Assembly (NCBI GenBank): GCA_026014495.1
Contig: JAOZIF010000088.1
Span: forward strand, 1-12,456
DNA from: Candidatus Bathyarchaeum sp.
GTDB lineage: Archaea > Thermoproteota > Bathyarchaeia > Bathyarchaeales > Bathyarchaeaceae
Length of the DNA stretch: 12,456 nucleotides
Reading direction: 5' to 3'
The notes under the pieces: generated by a model
What the model saw: only the letters and a program-made list of their open reading frames with translations
What the model was told of the DNA's origin: nothing
The model's database searches: none
Position numbers and translations under genes: made by a program
Part shown: piece after piece, positions 7,794 through 12,456 of the stretch
How the letters are laid out: each line of letters begins with the position of its first letter
Numbering within the stretch: position 1 is the first letter of the stretch

Positions 7794-7823
7794 AGGCACC
7801 TCAAATACCCTTAGCAGGTGAAT

Positions 7824-7853
7824 AAAAAAGCTTTTTTATCAAGAAACCTTGAC
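7824..7853 (-). promoter_or_regulatory. Operator-like palindrome plus BRE/TATA-like element (copy 2), upstream of the ABC operon
   Basis: Exact reverse complement of 3240-3269; on the minus strand it continues as TTTTTTAT, a plausible TATA box. Confidence 0.8.
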
Positions 7854-7882
7854 CAAAACAAACGATTAGTTATTTCAGTTTA

Positions 7883-7898
7883 GTCAAGAAATATTAAC
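7883..7898. promoter_or_regulatory. Second, degenerate copy of the 16-bp palindromic motif
   Basis: GTCAAGAAATATTAAC versus ATCAAGAAACCTTGAC at 7838-7853: 12/16 identical, with starts 45 bp apart. Confidence 0.5.
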
Positions 7899-8032
7899 AA
7901 AAAATGTGTCACTAGATATATAGCATAACATTAAGAGAACTGCATAGTTTGAAACTGTGCTTTATTAAATATTTAGAAATTAGGAATTTAACTTCAGAAA
8001 TGATAATTAGTGTTATTCAACACTTCTTTATT

Positions 8033-8380
8033 ATGGAACCCACCCAATTACTTTGTCTTCTTTCTCCTATGGTAAGTTTTAGTGCAGTAATTGGTGCTGT
8101 GTTTTATTATCTTCCAAGAAGACATAAAGAAACTGAGTATGAACTAGAAATTAAAAAGCTTAGACAATCATTACTAAAAGGGCAACTTAACGCAAAGGCT
8201 TTCAGGTATATTAGAGATAATATGAAAGTAGAAGAACATTTTAACATTGAATCTCAGCGGCTTAGTAACCTGTTTAATCAAAACTTGATGGATTCAGACA
8301 CTTATTCTAGGATGAAAAAAGCTCTAGAACTGACGTTTAACGAAAGATTAGTAAAAATACATGCAAGCCACAATGCTTGA
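8033..8380 (+). CDS. Hypothetical single-pass membrane protein with two short SHOCT-like helical repeats
   Basis: Open frame with one hydrophobic segment (LLCLLSPMVSFSAVIGAVFYYL) followed by basic residues and a charged helical tail. ATG 8033 or ATG 8000 is the likely start; TTG 7949 lies upstream of a TTTATTAA TATA-like box at 7961-7968. Confidence 0.6.
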   Translation: MEPTQLLCLLSPMVSFSAVIGAVFYYLPRRHKETEYELEIKKLRQSLLKGQLNAKAFRYIRDNMKVEEHFNIESQRLSNLFNQNLMDSDTYSRMKKALELTFNERLVKIHASHNA

Positions 8381-8577
8381 CAATTATATCGTGAATCGGA
8401 ATACGTCTTAAATAATGTTTTAGACTCACCAGTCTTTGTGGATGTGTGCATTTCTATTTTCTCCTTTGTTCGTCAAACTCTGTACACATTCACTTCACTT
8501 TACGTTTTGAAACAAAAAGAGCTTCAGTGACATAGTCATAGTGCCAAAAAATTGATTGCTGATACAATCAAATTATT

Positions 8578-9060
8578 TCATTCGGATTTTGGGCTCTTTT
8601 TTCCCAGATATTTGCGATTTAGTGGCTTTGGGAAGAACGTATTAATGCCAGGTACTGAGAACACAACATCTACATAACCTATGTCGGACAACTTTCTGAT
8701 TTGAAGTATCGTGGTAAAGAGGTCTTCAATGTTTTTGAATACTAAAACAGCGTATCCTTCAAAGTCCCCAATTGCCTTAGTGGCTATGACTATGTTTGGG
8801 GTATTTTTAATATGCTCAAATGACTTCGTTAAATCTTTTCCAGTTGAACTCTTAATCAGCAAATGTGCAGTGCCCGCATATCCAATTTTATTGAGGTCAA
8901 TTGAAATCGTAGCAATCTGGATGATGTTATTTGTCTTCATTTCGTTATATCGCTTTATGACAGTTTGGGTTGACACTCCAATTTTCATGGCAATTTTTCT
9001 GAATGGTTTCCTAGCGTCCTTTGTCAATTCTCTTATTATTGTTTGGTCAATTTCATCCAT
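8578..9060 (-). CDS. Lrp/AsnC family transcriptional regulator
   Basis: MDEIDQTIIRELTKDARKPFRKIAMKIGVSTQTVIKRY..M is an AsnC-type HTH, followed by IDLNKIGY and a RAM-like domain (A.G.FEG); GGAG SD upstream. Confidence 0.9.
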   Translation of the reverse strand: MDEIDQTIIRELTKDARKPFRKIAMKIGVSTQTVIKRYNEMKTNNIIQIATISIDLNKIGYAGTAHLLIKSSTGKDLTKSFEHIKNTPNIVIATKAIGDFEGYAVLVFKNIEDLFTTILQIRKLSDIGYVDVVFSVPGINTFFPKPLNRKYLGKKSPKSE

Positions 9061-9553
9061 TTTTATTATTCTCCGCGGGTTGTATCAAAAGATTTTTTGG
9101 AAGAAATCCATGTTTGCTTAAATGAGCCGTCACTCTTACTCTTGTAATTCCTTTTTGCGTTTTTATTTGGTTTCTAACTTGGTCAATTTCTTGAAAGTTT
9201 CTCACGACAAATATTGCGTGAACGTCATAGTTGCCCACGACTGGAAAGTGATCGATGCAGTTAGGCATATTATTAAGTGTTTCAAGAATGGCGCCTTCAT
9301 AGTTTGGTTCAACATTCATGTCTGTGGATATGACAAAATCGTATCCTGCATCATCTAAATTCACAATTAATGAGGTTCCTGTGATGACTCCGGATTGCCT
9401 CAATTTGTAATACCGTTTGACTATTGTGTTTGTTGAAACTCCGCAATCTTTTGCAATATCTACAAAACTGGTTCGTACATCTAGCAGTAGAGTCTTCAAT
9501 ATTTTTGCATCAATTTCATCGATGGTTACTGGTTTGGTCATCGTATTTTTCAT
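9053..9553 (-). CDS. Lrp/AsnC family transcriptional regulator
   Basis: IDEIDAKILKTLLLDVRTSFVDIAKDCGVSTNTIVKRY.KL...GVITG...N....GY HTH and a RAM domain (V.GNYD). A TTTATTA box at 9584-9578 sits ~25 nt upstream of ATG 9553, consistent with a leaderless mRNA. Confidence 0.9.
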   Translation of the reverse strand: MKNTMTKPVTIDEIDAKILKTLLLDVRTSFVDIAKDCGVSTNTIVKRYYKLRQSGVITGTSLIVNLDDAGYDFVISTDMNVEPNYEGAILETLNNMPNCIDHFPVVGNYDVHAIFVVRNFQEIDQVRNQIKTQKGITRVRVTAHLSKHGFLPKNLLIQPAENNKNG

Positions 9554-9766
9554 CGCTTTTTGTTTGTTACTTCTTACTAATAAAGTCGTTCCAGTTTTTT
9601 ACTGTTTTGACATCATCTCTGATTTCACTTCTTTAGAGTTATGATTTGCTATTTTTTGCGTTAAAAACCTGAAAACTTAATATGTCCTATTCTTTTCATG
9701 ATAGCCAGAGGCAATTACACTTTAGCTTTGTTAAGAGTTAATCCCCAATTTCTTAGAATCTTGATT

Positions 9767-9783
9767 TCATCTGTTTCAGATGA
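9767..9783. promoter_or_regulatory. Palindrome TCATCTG-TTT-CAGATGA in the divergent lrp/surface-protein intergenic region
   Basis: Perfect 7-3-7 inverted repeat. Confidence 0.4.
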
Positions 9784-9937
9784 CAAATTCTGCTCCTTTG
9801 TTATTTCTCCTGCTATCTTGTTTCATTTGATTCACAGAATAGGCTTTCATATTTGTCAGTCGGAACCTGTCTTACAAAAATTTAACTAAAAAATGAGCAA
9901 AATAAATATTCTAAACAAAAGCATTTGAGGAAAAAAA

Positions 9938-12456
9938 ATGAAAAAAACAAAAAAATACCAAACAAAAATAGCTACAATCGCTCTAACTCTGATATTGACT
10001 ATTTCTACAATACTGATTGTTTTACCAGCAATATATGCGCATGAACCACCATGGACTATTCCAACATATTCATACCTCGTAATTTCACCTGACCCCATAG
10101 GTGTAGGTCAAGATGCAGTTGTTGTAATGTGGGTTCATCCAAACCCGCCAACAGCATCAGGTATCGGCGGTGACAGATGGCGAGATATCACTCTTACAAT
10201 CACGGCTCCTAATGGAGACAAAGAGGTACTTGGTCCCTGGTACAGTGACTCAACAGGATCACTATGGACAATGTATACGCCCACCCAAATCGGTACATAT
10301 GAATTCTTTATGGATTATCCTGGACAGGTAATGTCATGGTATGGTCCGACTGGTTTGCCCCCAGGCGATCCATCTTATCTGTCTGGAAGAGGCCAAGATG
10401 TCTATTTAAATGACACTTTTACAGGAAGTAACGCAACAGCAATTCTTACTGTAACTGATGAACCCGTAGAGAAAATCCCTGATTATCCGCTTCCAACAGA
10501 GTACTGGACACGTCCAATCGAAGGCCAAAACACCGCATGGGCAACAATTTCATCAAACTGGTTAGCTGGATCTCACATTGTTAGTCGATTCCAAAAAGAC
10601 GGGGTTGGACCTAACAGTGCTCACATACTGTGGACTACACCTCTCGAGTTCGGAGGTGTTGTAGGTGGAACATTTGATATTCCTGGCGTAGCCTACTACT
10701 CAGGCGGTTCATATGAAACCAGATTCAGCAACACAATAATCATGCAAGGCAGACTCTATTATCGGGCACCGCTTAGTCATTCTGGCAGTGGCGGGGACTA
10801 TATCTGTGTAGATCTACTTACTGGTGAAGAAATATGGCGACGAGATGATATTGCTCCAACTTTTGGGCAACTCTATGACTATGAGTCACGCAATCAACAC
10901 GGAGTCGTCGGTGGCTTATTGTGGCAAACTAGCGGAAATAAGTGGATTGGCATTGATGCATTCTCAGGAGAAAATGCATACAACTTTACTGGAATTCCCA
11001 GTGGCACCCAAGTGTACACGAATATGGGTGAAATAGAACGTTACGTGCTTAACTACGCTGACAGAGAGCTATCCTTGTGGAGCACAGCTGCAACAAACGC
11101 TTCAGTTTTGGTGTCGGTACCAGGAGTTAGCACCAGTGCTTATCAATACAGGACTGTAGGAAAAGAGATTGACCTGAGCGGAGAATCTCAATATTTGTGG
11201 ACTGTAACAATACCTGATTTGCCCGGCGATGCTAATCCTAGTATAACTAAAGTTATCCCCGGTGACTTAATACTTGGTACTAGCAGTTCTTGGCCAGATT
11301 TCCGCAAGTCAGGAACTCCCGATCCGTATACAATATGGGCAATAAATCTTGACGAAACCCGAGGCGACGTAGGTGACCTGCTTTGGATCAAGGATTATCC
11401 AGCACCTGACGGATTCCGCACCTATAGACTAGATGGTGACCACATTGATGTAGAGAACCGTGTTTTCATGATGAGTGATGACGAAACTTTCCAGTGGACT
11501 GCTTGGAGTCTTGACACTGGTGATCTGGTTTGGGGTCCAGTTGGAGAAGATTTCAATTCCTTCCAGTATTACGGCGATGTGATGTTCAGAGCACAGACAG
11601 GTTATGTGGCATATGGCAATATTTACGTGCAAGGCTATGGTGGAGAACTTCGTTGCTACGATTGTTCAGACGGAACACTACTTTGGACATACGACAATAC
11701 ATATGCTGGTTTTGAGAATCCTTGGGGCAATTATCCAATATTCATAGGTGCTATTGCTGACGGAAAAATTTACACCTTTAACCATGAGCACTCGCCTAAC
11801 ACGCCACTATACAAGGGCAATAGGATGCGTTGCGTTGACGCTTTTACTGGAGATGAAGTGTGGACTTTGATGGGATGGACTGAATCATTAGTGCTTGCGG
11901 ATGGCTGCGTGGTATACAGAAACTATTACGACAATCAGATATATGTAATCGGTAAGGGATCAAGCGAAACAACAGTTTCAGCATCGCCAAAAGTTATAAC
12001 AGTTGGTTCCAGTGTTTTGATCGAGGGCTCTGTTATTGACACTTCTGCAGGTACACAGCAAAATGAGCAGGCTGCACGGTTCCCGCATGGAGTTCCAGCA
12101 ATGTCTGACGCGGACATGGGATTGTGGATGGAGTATGTGTACATGCAAAAACCAATTCCAGGTGACGCAAAAGGCGTTACAGTGACATTGACTGCAATTG
12201 ACCCCAACGGCAATGCACAGAACATAGGCACAACTACAACTGACCTGAATGGCAACTTTGGTGTAAGCTGGGTTCCACCAGTTCCAGGCGACTACCAAAT
12301 CACAGCTTATTTTGGAGGATCTAACTCTTATTGGCCATCATACGACACCGGATACCTAGTTGTTGACCCATCATCATCACAAGCAACACCCATAGAGCCA
12401 GAAGAGCCTGAAACACCAACACAACCTGAAGAGCCAGAGGAACCTGAAACACCAAC
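9938..12456 (+). CDS. Large secreted PQQ-binding-like (BamB-type) beta-propeller protein with Ig-like domains and a P/E/T linker; partial, continues beyond the window
   Basis: Manually translated open frame from ATG 9938 (GAGG SD at 9927-9930) to the window end with no stop (839 codons). It has a signal peptide (MKKTKKYQTKIATIALTLILTISTILIVLPAIYA), Trp-docking repeats (VDLLTGEEIW, WSLDTGDLVWG, YDCSDGTLLW, VDAFTGDEVW), Ig-like N- and C-terminal modules and a Pro/Glu/Thr tail. It is absent from the ORF track because it lacks a stop in the window. Confidence 0.9.
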   Translation, partial: MKKTKKYQTKIATIALTLILTISTILIVLPAIYAHEPPWTIPTYSYLVISPDPIGVGQDAVVVMWVHPNPPTASGIGGDRWRDITLTITAPNGDKEVLGPWYSDSTGSLWTMYTPTQIGTYEFFMDYPGQVMSWYGPTGLPPGDPSYLSGRGQDVYLNDTFTGSNATAILTVTDEPVEKIPDYPLPTEYWTRPIEGQNTAWATISSNWLAGSHIVSRFQKDGVGPNSAHILWTTPLEFGGVVGGTFDIPGVAYYSGGSYETRFSNTIIMQGRLYYRAPLSHSGSGGDYICVDLLTGEEIWRRDDIAPTFGQLYDYESRNQHGVVGGLLWQTSGNKWIGIDAFSGENAYNFTGIPSGTQVYTNMGEIERYVLNYADRELSLWSTAATNASVLVSVPGVSTSAYQYRTVGKEIDLSGESQYLWTVTIPDLPGDANPSITKVIPGDLILGTSSSWPDFRKSGTPDPYTIWAINLDETRGDVGDLLWIKDYPAPDGFRTYRLDGDHIDVENRVFMMSDDETFQWTAWSLDTGDLVWGPVGEDFNSFQYYGDVMFRAQTGYVAYGNIYVQGYGGELRCYDCSDGTLLWTYDNTYAGFENPWGNYPIFIGAIADGKIYTFNHEHSPNTPLYKGNRMRCVDAFTGDEVWTLMGWTESLVLADGCVVYRNYYDNQIYVIGKGSSETTVSASPKVITVGSSVLIEGSVIDTSAGTQQNEQAARFPHGVPAMSDADMGLWMEYVYMQKPIPGDAKGVTVTLTAIDPNGNAQNIGTTTTDLNGNFGVSWVPPVPGDYQITAYFGGSNSYWPSYDTGYLVVDPSSSQATPIEPEEPETPTQPEEPEEPETP
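12395..12456 (+). repeat. 36-bp coding tandem repeat (EPEEPETPTQPE)
   Basis: GAGCCAGAAGAGCCTGAAACACCAACACAACCTGAA (12395-12430) is followed by a near-identical partial copy from 12431 to the window end. Confidence 0.8.

Noticed and set aside
3240-7853. Interpretation as an IS or transposon with terminal inverted repeats
   Set aside because: No transposase, integrase or recombinase in the window, no flanking target-site duplication seen, and the repeats contain promoter-like elements facing inward. Kept only as an alternative hypothesis.
9694-9850. Four TTTCAT hexamers in the divergent spacer
   Set aside because: Irregular spacing in very AT-rich DNA; compatible with chance.
8711-9889. Plus-strand ORFs opposite the Lrp genes and a 63-aa ORF (9698-9889) in the spacer
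   Set aside because: Antisense shadows or AT-rich intergenic ORFs without SD or recognisable motifs.
9886-12298. Short ORFs listed in the track (9886-10098, 10824-11036, 11188-11391, 11429-11632, 11530-11715, 11935-12255, 11978-12298)
   Set aside because: All lie within or antisense to the long plus-strand beta-propeller ORF starting at 9938.

Overview
Archaeal chromosomal window, most likely Ca. Bathyarchaeia (inferred from the thermosome and Rpo6 genes, BRE/TATA-like promoters, and the NosD-like, Lrp/AsnC and PQQ-like beta-propeller surface-protein families). The left 3.2 kb is housekeeping: a single-domain YegP/DUF1508 gene, rpoK (rpo6), a thermosome subunit and a divergent cyclophilin-like (DUF369-type) gene. 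The middle, about 3240-7853, holds two convergent operons. The + strand operon encodes an Ig-domain/NapH-type 4Fe-4S membrane protein and a NosD-like beta-helix protein; the - strand operon encodes an FtsX/MacB-type permease and a LolD-like ATPase. Their upstream regions share a perfectly identical 30-bp inverted repeat containing a palindromic operator-like motif and a BRE/TATA-like element. The right part has a small membrane protein, two overlapping Lrp/AsnC regulators, and a >839-aa secreted beta-propeller protein that runs off the window and is missing from the ORF track. The main oddities are the mirrored-promoter cassette and rpoK, which has no canonical start codon and is in frame with the thermosome amber stop. 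No tRNA, rRNA, CRISPR array, transposase or integrase was recognised.
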